Position numbers and translations under genes: made by a program
NCBI GenBank assembly: GCA_965204725.1
Contig: OZ242005.1
Location: 960,001 to 1,024,000 of the forward strand
Length of the DNA stretch: 64,000 nt
Direction: 5' to 3'
Origin: Candidatus Latescibacterota bacterium
GTDB taxonomy: Bacteria; Latescibacterota; UBA2968; UBA8231
Shown: positions 49,070-58,053 of the stretch, one piece after another
How positions within the stretch are numbered: position 1 is the stretch's first letter
Layout: each line of letters starts with the position of its first letter
Notes under the pieces: model-generated
What the model saw: only the letters and a program-made list of their open reading frames with translations
The model's database searches: none
Told to the model about the DNA's origin: nothing

Positions 49070-49843
49070 TCACGATCCGTGCGGATTGGCGCGCAGGGTT
49101 TTGAGGTGGCTGTCGAGGACCTGTACGCCGTAGCGAAGGGCGTTGCCGACGTTGAGGAAGCGATACCCCCAGCGAACCTTTTCTTGGAGTTGGTCTAATT
49201 CCGATAGCGTAGTGCCCACGGCGATTCCGGTGTCGGCTAGCTGTTGGGGCACGTCGCGCATGATCTGCTGCACGGGCTGCGACTCGGTATTGGTGATGGT
49301 CCCCACGGTGGCCGACAGGTCCAACGGCCCGACGAAAAGCACGTCAATGCCGGGGACGCGCTTGATTTCGTCCAAGTTGTCGTAGGCCCGCTGGCTTTCT
49401 AGCTGGAGGACGACGAGCGTCTCTTCGTTGGCGGTTTTGATGACCTCGTTCCAGTCTGCGCCCGCGATTTGGGTCCACATGGGCGAGAGGCCACGCCGGC
49501 CTTCGGGTGCGTAGCGGGCGGCCTCAACCGCTTGGGCCGCTTCGGCCGCCGTATCGACTTGGGGCACCATCACGGCCACTGCGCCCGCATCGTACGCCTT
49601 TTTGATCAGGGCCGGGTCGTTCCACGCGACGCGCACCATGGGGGCGACGCCGCGCATCCGCGCCAGCACCAAAATGGAGTCGAGTGCTTCGACGGCATGG
49701 GGCATGTGCTCGGTGTCGGCCCAGAGGAAATCGGGCTTTGTGTCAAGGACTGACCCGGCCACGTGTGGGGTGGGGGCCGGCAGGCTGGTGCCGAAGATGA
49801 GTTCGCCGCTACGCAGCCGCGCTTTTAGGTTGTTGGGATACAT
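49070..49843 (-). CDS. HpcH/HpaI aldolase family protein
   Basis: DTEH, VRV, DAGA, PQV, QLES, FVGPLDLS. Confidence 0.9.
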   Translation of the reverse strand: MYPNNLKARLRSGELIFGTSLPAPTPHVAGSVLDTKPDFLWADTEHMPHAVEALDSILVLARMRGVAPMVRVAWNDPALIKKAYDAGAVAVMVPQVDTAAEAAQAVEAARYAPEGRRGLSPMWTQIAGADWNEVIKTANEETLVVLQLESQRAYDNLDEIKRVPGIDVLFVGPLDLSATVGTITNTESQPVQQIMRDVPQQLADTGIAVGTTLSELDQLQEKVRWGYRFLNVGNALRYGVQVLDSHLKTLRANPHGS

Positions 49844-49860
49844 GGATAGCTCCGTTGGAA

Positions 49861-50670
49861 TTAGCCGTACAGCGAGTAGAAGATGGCGCCGCCGAGCAGG
49901 ATGCGATAGACGGCAAACGAGTGGGTTCCGCGGCGCTGGAGGAAGCGGAGGAGGAAGCCGATGGACAGGTAGCCGCTAACCGCCGCGGCAAAGACGCCTA
50001 CCCCCAAATTTAGCAGCCCGGCACCGCCTACGCCCCCTTTGAGCAGTGCGAATAATTGCAGGAGGCCGCTGGCGCCAATGGCCGGCAGGCCGAGCAAAAA
50101 GGAAAAGCGGGCGGCATCTTGGCGCTGGAGGCCAACGAAAAGCCCGCCCATGATGGTCGAACCAGACCGCGAACACCCGGGAATCAGGGCGAGGGCTTGG
50201 CACAGGCCAATGAACTGAATCGACCAGAAGCCGAGTTCCGGCATGGTGCGCTCGCGCCGCCCCACGCGCTCGGCCACCAGCAAAAACAGCGCGAGGACGA
50301 TCAAGCTCGCGGCGATGAGGGGAAGCTGGCGAGCCTCGGTCTCGATAAAGTCGCGTCCCCCGAGGCCGAGCACGGCAATGGGCACGGTGCCCACGGCAAT
50401 CGACCACGCCATGCGGCAGTCTGCGCTGTGGTTGAAGTTGCGATGGATCACCCCTTGCAGCGCGGCGGCGGTCAGCCGTTTGACATCGGTCGTAAAATAC
50501 GCGAATACGGCCGCGAGCGTCCCCAGTTGGATTACCGCGGAAAACGCCGCGCCTGGGTCGTCCCAGCCGAGGAAGTGGGGCACCACCCGCAGGTGGGCCG
50601 TGCTGCTGATGGGCAGGAATTCGGTTAGCCCTTGGACTATGCCCAAGATGAGTGCTTGTAGCCAGTGCAT
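49861..50670 (-). CDS. uppP: Undecaprenyl-diphosphatase
   Basis: GIVQGLTEFLPISSTAH, PGCSRSGST, ARFSFLL. Confidence 0.95.
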   Translation of the reverse strand: MHWLQALILGIVQGLTEFLPISSTAHLRVVPHFLGWDDPGAAFSAVIQLGTLAAVFAYFTTDVKRLTAAALQGVIHRNFNHSADCRMAWSIAVGTVPIAVLGLGGRDFIETEARQLPLIAASLIVLALFLLVAERVGRRERTMPELGFWSIQFIGLCQALALIPGCSRSGSTIMGGLFVGLQRQDAARFSFLLGLPAIGASGLLQLFALLKGGVGGAGLLNLGVGVFAAAVSGYLSIGFLLRFLQRRGTHSFAVYRILLGGAIFYSLYG

Positions 50671-50786
50671 GGGAGGGATTAAGCTAACCGCCGCCGCCCG
50701 CCCGGACAAGGAGGCGCGTCCCTTGACAAAAACGCGGGCCGATGTGCAGAATACCCCCTGATTTTCACCGACGACAAGGAGGCTCC

Positions 50787-51986
50787 ATGCCCGTTCTAAT
50801 TAAAGACGTTCAAGTCATTCTCACCCAACCGGCCGGCTCCCGCTTGGTCATCGTCAAGATCATCACTTCGGACGACGGCTTGTACGGACTCGGTTGCGCG
50901 ACCTTTACCCAGCGCTTCCACGCCGTGCATGCCGCCATTGACCAGCACCTCAAGCCCTTCCTCATCGGCCGGGAGGTCGATCGCATTGAGGAGACTTGGC
51001 AGATGTTGATGGTCAACGGCTATTGGCGCAACGGCCCGGTCCTCAACAACGCCATCTCTGGAGTGGATCAGGCGCTGTGGGACATCAAGGGCAAGCAGGC
51101 CGGGATGCCGCTCTATCAGCTCTTGGGCGGCAAGTGCCGCGAGGGGGCCGCGGTATACGGCCACGCGGGTGGCGACACCCCCGAGGCCGTCGTCGATAGC
51201 ATCCGCCAGTTCCAAGCGCAGGGCTACCGCTACATCCGCTGCCAGATGGGCGGGTACGGCGGCAAGGCATCGACCTTGGTCAAACCCGAGGGCGCGCCCG
51301 AAGGCGCGTATTACAATCGCAAAGAGTACATGATGAACCACCTGCGGATGTTCGAGCACATCCGCGCCGAACTGGGCTTTGAGGTCGAGCTGCTGCACGA
51401 CATCCACGAGCGGCTACACCCGATTGAGGCGGTAGGTTTTGCCAAGGATGTGGAGGAGTTCAAGCTGTTCTTCCTAGAGGACGCGCTCGCGCCCGAAGAC
51501 ATCGAGTGGTTCCGCCACATCCGCCAGCAGTGCGCGACGCCCCAAGCCATGGGCGAGTTGTTCAACCATCCGCACGAGTGGACGCCGCTCATCGAGGGGC
51601 GCTTAATCGACTTTATGCGCATGCACGTCAGCCAGATGGGCGGGATTACGCCGGCGCGCAATGTGGCGGCCTTCGGGCAGATGTACGGGGTGCGCACGGC
51701 TTGGCACGGGCCGGGCGACACCTCGCCGGTGGGGCACGCGGCCAACCTGCACTTGGACCTGTGGGCCCCCAACTTCGGGATCCAAGAGTGGTGCCGGTTT
51801 CCAGAGCACGTGTACGAGATATTTCCGGGGCTGCCCGAGGTGCGCAACGGGTACATGTATCCGAGCGATGGACCGGGGTTGGGCATTGACATCGACGAGG
51901 GTTTGGCGGCCCAATATCCTTGTGCGGACGAGGTCATTGGGTGGACGCAGACGCGCTTGCCCGACGGCAGCCCGGCCCGGCCCTAA
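50787..51986 (+). CDS. Enolase-superfamily RspA/ManD-like sugar-acid dehydratase
   Basis: YWRNGPV, LHDIHER, FFLED, GELF, HGPGD, NFGIQE. Confidence 0.9.
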   Translation: MPVLIKDVQVILTQPAGSRLVIVKIITSDDGLYGLGCATFTQRFHAVHAAIDQHLKPFLIGREVDRIEETWQMLMVNGYWRNGPVLNNAISGVDQALWDIKGKQAGMPLYQLLGGKCREGAAVYGHAGGDTPEAVVDSIRQFQAQGYRYIRCQMGGYGGKASTLVKPEGAPEGAYYNRKEYMMNHLRMFEHIRAELGFEVELLHDIHERLHPIEAVGFAKDVEEFKLFFLEDALAPEDIEWFRHIRQQCATPQAMGELFNHPHEWTPLIEGRLIDFMRMHVSQMGGITPARNVAAFGQMYGVRTAWHGPGDTSPVGHAANLHLDLWAPNFGIQEWCRFPEHVYEIFPGLPEVRNGYMYPSDGPGLGIDIDEGLAAQYPCADEVIGWTQTRLPDGSPARP

Positions 51987-51987
51987 G

Positions 51988-53199
51988 ATGAAAATCCTAG
52001 TTTCCAATCTCGGCAGCACCTCGTTTAAGTACAAGGTCTTTGCCATGCCCGAAGAAGTGGTCTTGGCGCGGGGCGGCATAGACCGGATCGGCGGCCAAGG
52101 CTCGGTTCACACCTTCCAGATCGGCGGGGCCGACGAGGTTGAGCGGGCCGTGGACTTGCCCGACCACGCCGGCGCGATTGACGAGGCCCTCGCCCGCTTG
52201 GCCGAGGGCGGGGTGTTGGGGTCTGTGGAGGCGCTCGACGCGGTGGGGTTTAAGGCCGTCCACGCCCGCGCTATCTCCGGGGTGGTCGAATTCGACGAGG
52301 ACGTGGTCGGGCGGATGGAGGATTTTTATCCGCTGGCGCCGGCGCACAATCCCGCTTATGTCGCGGCGATCCGGCAGTTTGCGCGGGTGGTTCCCACGGC
52401 GCGGCGGGTCGGGTGCTTTGAGACGGCGTTCCACGGCGCGATGCCGCAGCGGCGCAAAATGTACGCCGTGCCCTACGCTTGGTACGAACAGTACGGCATC
52501 CAGCGCTACGGCTTCCACGGGGCCAGCCACCGCTACGCCGCTGAGAAGGTCGCCGAACTGACGGGCCGCGCCGATCTCAAACACGTGAACATGCACTTGG
52601 GCGGCTCCTCGTCGCTGTGCGCGATAAAGGCCGGGGTTTCGCAGGGGGCGTCGCACGGGCTTAGCCCGCAGGGCGGCCTGCCGCAAAACAACCGCATTGG
52701 CGACTTGGATCCTTATGCGCTGGACTTGGTGATGCGCAACGAGGGCCGGCTGTGGGACGAGGTGTTGGCGCAGTGTGCCAGCGAGGGCGGCTTGGTGGGG
52801 CTTTGCGGGCACAGCGACATGCGCGACATTGAAGCGGGCGCGGCAAGCGGTGACGAGCGTTGTGCGTTGGCTATTGCCGTGCTGGCGACGTCGGCGCGCG
52901 ACTGGCTGGGGGCTTTTGTGGTGGAGATGGGCGGGCTGGACGCGATCAGCTTTACCGGCGGCATTGGCGAGTACTCGGCGGTCGTGCGCGGCGAAATCCT
53001 GCGCGACTTGGAATTTTTGGGGGTGGTGATGGATGCGGCCAAAAACGAGAATGTCCGGGGCGAGGGCCGCCTACACTCGGCGGCGAGCCGCGTGCAAATC
53101 CACGCGCTACGCACCGACGAGGAGCTGGTGGTGGCGCGGCAGACGTGGGAGTTTGTGCGGGGAGACGGGGGAAGCGTAGCAGAAGTTGCTACAAGGTAA
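51988..53199 (+). CDS. ackA: Acetate/propionate kinase
   Basis: NLGSTSFK, APAHNP, ETAFH, YGFHGASH, HLG, FTGGIGE, TDEE. Confidence 0.9.
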   Translation: MKILVSNLGSTSFKYKVFAMPEEVVLARGGIDRIGGQGSVHTFQIGGADEVERAVDLPDHAGAIDEALARLAEGGVLGSVEALDAVGFKAVHARAISGVVEFDEDVVGRMEDFYPLAPAHNPAYVAAIRQFARVVPTARRVGCFETAFHGAMPQRRKMYAVPYAWYEQYGIQRYGFHGASHRYAAEKVAELTGRADLKHVNMHLGGSSSLCAIKAGVSQGASHGLSPQGGLPQNNRIGDLDPYALDLVMRNEGRLWDEVLAQCASEGGLVGLCGHSDMRDIEAGAASGDERCALAIAVLATSARDWLGAFVVEMGGLDAISFTGGIGEYSAVVRGEILRDLEFLGVVMDAAKNENVRGEGRLHSAASRVQIHALRTDEELVVARQTWEFVRGDGGSVAEVATR

Positions 53200-53212
53200 A
53201 GGAGGTGCGCTC

Positions 53213-53707
53213 GTGAAGCTGAAATCTGTGGAGATTGAAAACTACCGCGCCATTGAGAAACTCTCATTGACGCTCGACCCGTCGCTGACGGTATTGCACG
53301 GCGACAATGGGTACGGCAAGACGAGCGTTTTGAGCGCGATTGCGGTAGGGTTGGGGAGTAGGGATATATTCGGACCATTTCTCGATACATTCATTGATTT
53401 TTGCGAGGAGGATTGGCGCGAGGACGCCGGGAAGCCGCGGGTATTGCTCACTGACATGAACGGAAAGCCTTGGGAACGACAAGGGACTAGGTCGGTGGTT
53501 GAGCGGGAGAAGAGAGAGCAAAGTGTGGTTGTCCGATCGGGAATATCAGGAGAAGATATTGGAACGATCGGTCGTACTTCGGCCCACTCGCCGAGCGCGT
53601 CCTCGCACAACAGCCGCAAGGGTGGATATGAAGGATGCCCTCATAGTCAACGCAGGCGACCGATTGCCGCGCTGACAGTACGCAAAAACCATATACGAAG
53701 GATATAA
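53213..53707 (+). pseudogene. Truncated AAA/ABC-type ATPase (N-terminal Walker A part only)
   Basis: GGAGG + GTG; KLKSVEIENYRAI...LHGDNGYGKTSVLSAI; no Walker B or signature motif follows. Confidence 0.7.
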
Positions 53708-53711
53708 CCTC

Positions 53712-54428
53712 ATGTTCGGAATCATTCGCAACCCGTCCGGCGAAGTGCTGGACTACACTTTTCACGCCGGCGCGGAGGGATCACGGCACATCGCTGTCTT
53801 GGGGCACGGGGTGACCGGCAACAAGGACCGCCCGTTTGTCGTAGCACTGGCCGAGGGATTGGCGGTCGCTGGCATCCACGCGCTGCGCTTTTCCTTTGCT
53901 GGCAACGGCGCGTCTGAGGGCCGCTTTGCCGACGCGACCCTCTCCAAAGAGGTCGCAGATCTCGGCTCGGTTCTCAGTGCCTTGGACGGCTACTCGGTCT
54001 GCTATGTCGGCCACAGCATGGGGGGCGCGGTCGGCGTCTTGAGCCGCGACGAGCGCATCCGCCTGCTCGTCTCCTTGGCGGGCATGGTGCATACGCGCGC
54101 CTTTGCCGAGCGCGAGTTCGGCGCGGAGGTCCCCGATGAAGGCTGCATGTGGGACGACCCAGCCTGCCCGCTCTCGCAAGCGTACATGGACGACATGGCT
54201 CAGATCGACACCGTGGTCGAGCGCGGGGCCGAAATCGCCGTGCCTTGGCTGCTGATTCACGGTCGCGAGGACGACGTGGTGCCGATTGCCGACTCGCACG
54301 ACATCCTCGCCCGCGCCGGCGACAACGCCGAACTCGTCGTCATCAACGGGGCCGACCACGTCTTTAGCGAGCAGGTGCCGGCGATGGTCGAAACGGTGGT
54401 TGGCTGGCTACAAAGGCAGTGGGCATGA
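53712..54428 (+). CDS. Alpha/beta hydrolase
   Basis: GHG, GHSMG nucleophile elbow, HGREDDVV, GADH. Confidence 0.9.
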   Translation: MFGIIRNPSGEVLDYTFHAGAEGSRHIAVLGHGVTGNKDRPFVVALAEGLAVAGIHALRFSFAGNGASEGRFADATLSKEVADLGSVLSALDGYSVCYVGHSMGGAVGVLSRDERIRLLVSLAGMVHTRAFAEREFGAEVPDEGCMWDDPACPLSQAYMDDMAQIDTVVERGAEIAVPWLLIHGREDDVVPIADSHDILARAGDNAELVVINGADHVFSEQVPAMVETVVGWLQRQWA

Positions 54429-54510
54429 GCCGCGCCCGTCCCGCCCGTCTGTTCCTATCTTTAAGACGCCCGGCAATTCCGCTGGCTGGGTGCGCTTTTC
54501 CAACGAAGCC

Positions 54511-57396
54511 ATGCAAAAGAAAACCCCGAGTCGCCTGAGTGCGCGCCAGCAACGGGCTTTGCTGCTGGTGGTGGCCTTGGGCGTCTTCATGGTCGCCGAT
54601 ACGCTCTATTTGCTGACCAACCGGCTGGCCGACGCCCTCGATTTTGCCTATTTCGCCGTCACCGACATCTCGCTGCCCAAGTTTTACCAAGGCATGGTGC
54701 TGTCGCACACGGGCGTCGGGCTGGTGCTGGTGGTCTTGGCGATGGGCTTTGTGGCTTGGCATTTACCGGCCGTTTGGCGCAAAAGCCGCAAGCGGGCCAT
54801 CTACACTGGCATCGCCACCCTGACGCTGGGCATCGTCTTGGCCGTCAGCGGGTTGTTCATCCTCAGCGCGGCGAGCAACCGCGGCAACCCGGTGGCCTAT
54901 TGGAGCCACGTGGCCGCGGCGGTTTTGGTTCCCCTCTTTTACTTGGCACACCGCCGCCTCTCGCTGTGGAAGCCGGCCGCGCGGACCTATCGCGTCGTGC
55001 CCTTAGCGGTGGTCGGGCTGCTCGCGCTCGCCGTGGTGCTACACGGGGTGACCTATCGCGGCGAGCAGTACACGTCGGCGGCCGAGCAGGCCTTTGCCGC
55101 TGGCAAGCACACCGGCCCGGGCGCCAAGGCGCGGCAGGTTGCCGACTACGCGCCGGCCGACTTTGTCCCCGCCAATTTCGTCCCGGCCGAAAGCCCCTTT
55201 TTCCCGGCCGCTACGACGACGACCACCGGCGACGTGCTGCCCTCGCGGATCATCACGCGCGGCGATCTGTCGCAGCCGGAGAAACTCGCTGGGGACCTCG
55301 ACGAGTATGGCTTTGTGGTCAACGAGCCAATCGGCTCGGAGACGTGTGCCCGCTGTCACGCGGCCATCGTCGAGCAATGGGCGACGTCCGCGCACCGCTT
55401 TGCCTCGTTCAACAACCCCTTCTACGAGGCGACGATCAACCACATGCGCCGCAACTCGACGGAGAGCAATGCAGAGGTCGCCGCCCACATCGCCTATTAC
55501 GAAGACGAAGGCTTGGAGGGCGAGGAGGGCAAAGTCAAGTCCAAGTGGTGTTCGGGGTGCCACGATCCGGCGCTGATGCTGGCCGGCAAAATGACCGAAG
55601 TGATCGACCGCGCCTCCCCCCAAGCCCAAGCGGGACTGACCTGCCTAAGCTGCCACGCCATCGACGCAATTCACGACCAGACTGGCAACGGCAATTACAA
55701 CATCGCCGACGAGCAGGAGGATCCCTATCTGTTCGCCGAGGCCAAAGAAGGCGCGGGCCGCTTCTTGCACGACACTGCGCTGAAGGCGCGGCCCATCGTC
55801 CACAAGAAGCAGATGCTCAAGCCCTTCTTCCGCACCTCTGAATTTTGCGCCACCTGCCACAAGGTCAGCCTCGACGCGCGCGTCAATGGCTACCGCTGGC
55901 TGCGCGGCCAAGACGAATACGACAATTGGCACGACAGCGGCGTGGCGCTCAACGCTTCTAGAACCTTCTACCTGCCGGCCGCCAAGCAAGTCTGCCAAGA
56001 CTGCCACATGCCGCTGGAGGAAGCGGTCGCCGGCGACGTGTCGGCGCGGGATGGGTACGTCAAGTCGCACCGCTTTTTGGCGGTCAATACGGCCCTGCCT
56101 TACATCCGCGGCGACGAGGAAACCATCGCGCGGATCGAGAAATTTCTGCAAGACGAAAAACTCAGCGTCGATGTGTTCGCGCTACGCCACCAAAGCGCGG
56201 CGCACTACGCGCTGGATAAGAGCCAGCCCGCGCTGGTGCCCGGCGGCGAGTACGCCTTCGACGTGGTGGTGCGCAACAAGGGCGTCGGGCACACCTTCCC
56301 GGGCGGGACCAACGATTCCAACGAGGGCTGGCTAGAGGTCTCGGTGGTGGGCGACGATGGCGCGGTGCTCGCGTTGAACGGGGCGGTGCAAGACGACGGG
56401 CACGTCGATGTAGAGGCGCACTTTTACAAGGCGCTGATGGTCGATGCAAGCGGCCAAGCCATCCATCGGCGCAACGCCCAAGACATTGTCACCGCCGTGT
56501 ACGTCCGCACCATTGGCCCGGGTGCGGCGGACGTGGCCCACTACAGTTTTCGGGTGCCCGCCGATTACGCGGGAAGCAAGCTGACGCTGCGGGCGCGGCT
56601 GTTGTGGCGCAAGTTCGACCGCGCTTATACGGAATTTGCCTTCCACAGCAACCGCGCCGGGTTCCGCCGCTTCGACCAAGTGCCGGAGTTGCCGGTGACG
56701 GAGATCGCCCGCAGCGAGGTGGAACTGGCGGTGGGGACAGCGTCCGCAACGGGTGCTCCCGATGCGGCGGACTGGACGCGCTTCAACGACTACGGCATTG
56801 GCTTGCTGCTCCAAGACGATACCCAAGGGGCCGCCCGGGCCTTTGCGACGGTGGAACAGCTCGCACCCGAGCGCTTGGATGGCTGCCGCAACTTGGCTCG
56901 GGTGGCCGTGCGCGACGGCCACTTGGAGCGAGCCTACGAGCATTTGCAGGACTGCGAGGCGTTGGCGAGCGGCGACGGGCAGACGGCGTGGGTCTGGGGC
57001 GTGGTGTTGCAAGAGGACGGTCGCTACGAGGCCGCGGCCCAGGCGTATCGCCGGGTGTTGCGCGACTTTCCCGAGGATCGGGCGGCGTGGCGCAACTTGG
57101 GCCGGGTGCTCTATCTCGATGGCCGCAACGAGGAGGCTTTGGCCGCTCTTGACAGCGTGTTGGTCATTGATCCAGAAGATCGCGTCGCGCACTACCACCG
57201 GATGCTCTCGTTGCGCGCCCTAGGCCGCGAGGACGAAGCCCTCGTCGCTGAGCAGGCGTACCAGTACTACCAGATTGACGAGTCGGCGCAAGAGCTGACG
57301 CGCCGCTACCGGCTAGCGCACCCGCACGACAACCGCGAGGCGCTCAAAATCCACGTTCATCCGCTGGGGGAAGGGGGTTCGGAGGGGGACCGTTGA
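54511..57396 (+). CDS. Membrane-anchored multiheme c-type cytochrome with C-terminal TPRs
   Basis: About 5 N-terminal TM helices; five CxxCH (CARCH, CSGCH, CLSCH, CATCH, CQDCH); GHTFPGG; TPR repeats. Confidence 0.85.
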   Translation: MQKKTPSRLSARQQRALLLVVALGVFMVADTLYLLTNRLADALDFAYFAVTDISLPKFYQGMVLSHTGVGLVLVVLAMGFVAWHLPAVWRKSRKRAIYTGIATLTLGIVLAVSGLFILSAASNRGNPVAYWSHVAAAVLVPLFYLAHRRLSLWKPAARTYRVVPLAVVGLLALAVVLHGVTYRGEQYTSAAEQAFAAGKHTGPGAKARQVADYAPADFVPANFVPAESPFFPAATTTTTGDVLPSRIITRGDLSQPEKLAGDLDEYGFVVNEPIGSETCARCHAAIVEQWATSAHRFASFNNPFYEATINHMRRNSTESNAEVAAHIAYYEDEGLEGEEGKVKSKWCSGCHDPALMLAGKMTEVIDRASPQAQAGLTCLSCHAIDAIHDQTGNGNYNIADEQEDPYLFAEAKEGAGRFLHDTALKARPIVHKKQMLKPFFRTSEFCATCHKVSLDARVNGYRWLRGQDEYDNWHDSGVALNASRTFYLPAAKQVCQDCHMPLEEAVAGDVSARDGYVKSHRFLAVNTALPYIRGDEETIARIEKFLQDEKLSVDVFALRHQSAAHYALDKSQPALVPGGEYAFDVVVRNKGVGHTFPGGTNDSNEGWLEVSVVGDDGAVLALNGAVQDDGHVDVEAHFYKALMVDASGQAIHRRNAQDIVTAVYVRTIGPGAADVAHYSFRVPADYAGSKLTLRARLLWRKFDRAYTEFAFHSNRAGFRRFDQVPELPVTEIARSEVELAVGTASATGAPDAADWTRFNDYGIGLLLQDDTQGAARAFATVEQLAPERLDGCRNLARVAVRDGHLERAYEHLQDCEALASGDGQTAWVWGVVLQEDGRYEAAAQAYRRVLRDFPEDRAAWRNLGRVLYLDGRNEEALAALDSVLVIDPEDRVAHYHRMLSLRALGREDEALVAEQAYQYYQIDESAQELTRRYRLAHPHDNREALKIHVHPLGEGGSEGDR

Positions 57397-57608
57397 GGGC
57401 GCACGTGGAGAATTTCCTCCATGCCGAGTGCCCGCACTTGGTCAGCCTCTAGGGTGAGGACAGCTTGGTTGGGAAACTCCACCTCGTACGCGACCCCGCC
57501 GCCGTGAATGAGGACCACGACTCCGACATCGCCGGCGATTAGCTCGGCTTCGGGTTGATCGGCCGTTAGGACCGCTTGCCGGTGTTCGGCTAAGGTATTC
57601 GTATTCAT
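57357..57608 (-). CDS. DUF4926-like small protein (putative antitoxin/immunity)
   Basis: EH..VLT.D.PE..L.AGDVGVVV.IH....YEVEF. Confidence 0.75.
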   Translation of the reverse strand: MNTNTLAEHRQAVLTADQPEAELIAGDVGVVVLIHGGGVAYEVEFPNQAVLTLEADQVRALGMEEILHVRPQRSPSEPPSPSG

Positions 57609-57611
57609 GGG

Positions 57612-57923
57612 CTAACTCCTTTGTGGAACGGCTGTTACAAAACGCAGTGCGGTCTCGCCTTGGCGGATAAACCACACGGTGCGTACATGGAAGAGGCCGT
57701 ATGAAGGGGTGTCAATATACCCAAGGATAATGTATTTGGTGCCGTACTCAGTTGCAATGCGTTCAGCAAGCGGTTGCGTCGCGGCGATGACTAGCAGACC
57801 TCTGCGTAAATGTTCGACATTGTGGTCGCCATAGCCCAGTATGGCGAATAGATCGCGCTTGCTGCGGTTGTGCAACAGATAAGCCAATTTTGCATCGGCG
57901 ATATAGGCTTCTTTGCGGTTCAT
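57612..57923 (-). CDS. DUF6883-like small protein (putative nuclease/toxin)
   Basis: KL.YLL, LGY, TEYGTKY, VRTVW, RFVTA; adjacent to a DUF4926-like gene. Confidence 0.7.
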   Translation of the reverse strand: MNRKEAYIADAKLAYLLHNRSKRDLFAILGYGDHNVEHLRRGLLVIAATQPLAERIATEYGTKYIILGYIDTPSYGLFHVRTVWFIRQGETALRFVTAVPQRS

Positions 57924-58053
57924 ATCGAGCTAGGCCGATTGCATTCTTTTAGGGTGTCGGTTACTCTAGCAAACACCTGTGTATCAACCTTTCACATTGC
58001 AGGGCTTGAAGGAAAGAGTATGACGAAGAAGTACACCATAGGGTGCAAATTGT

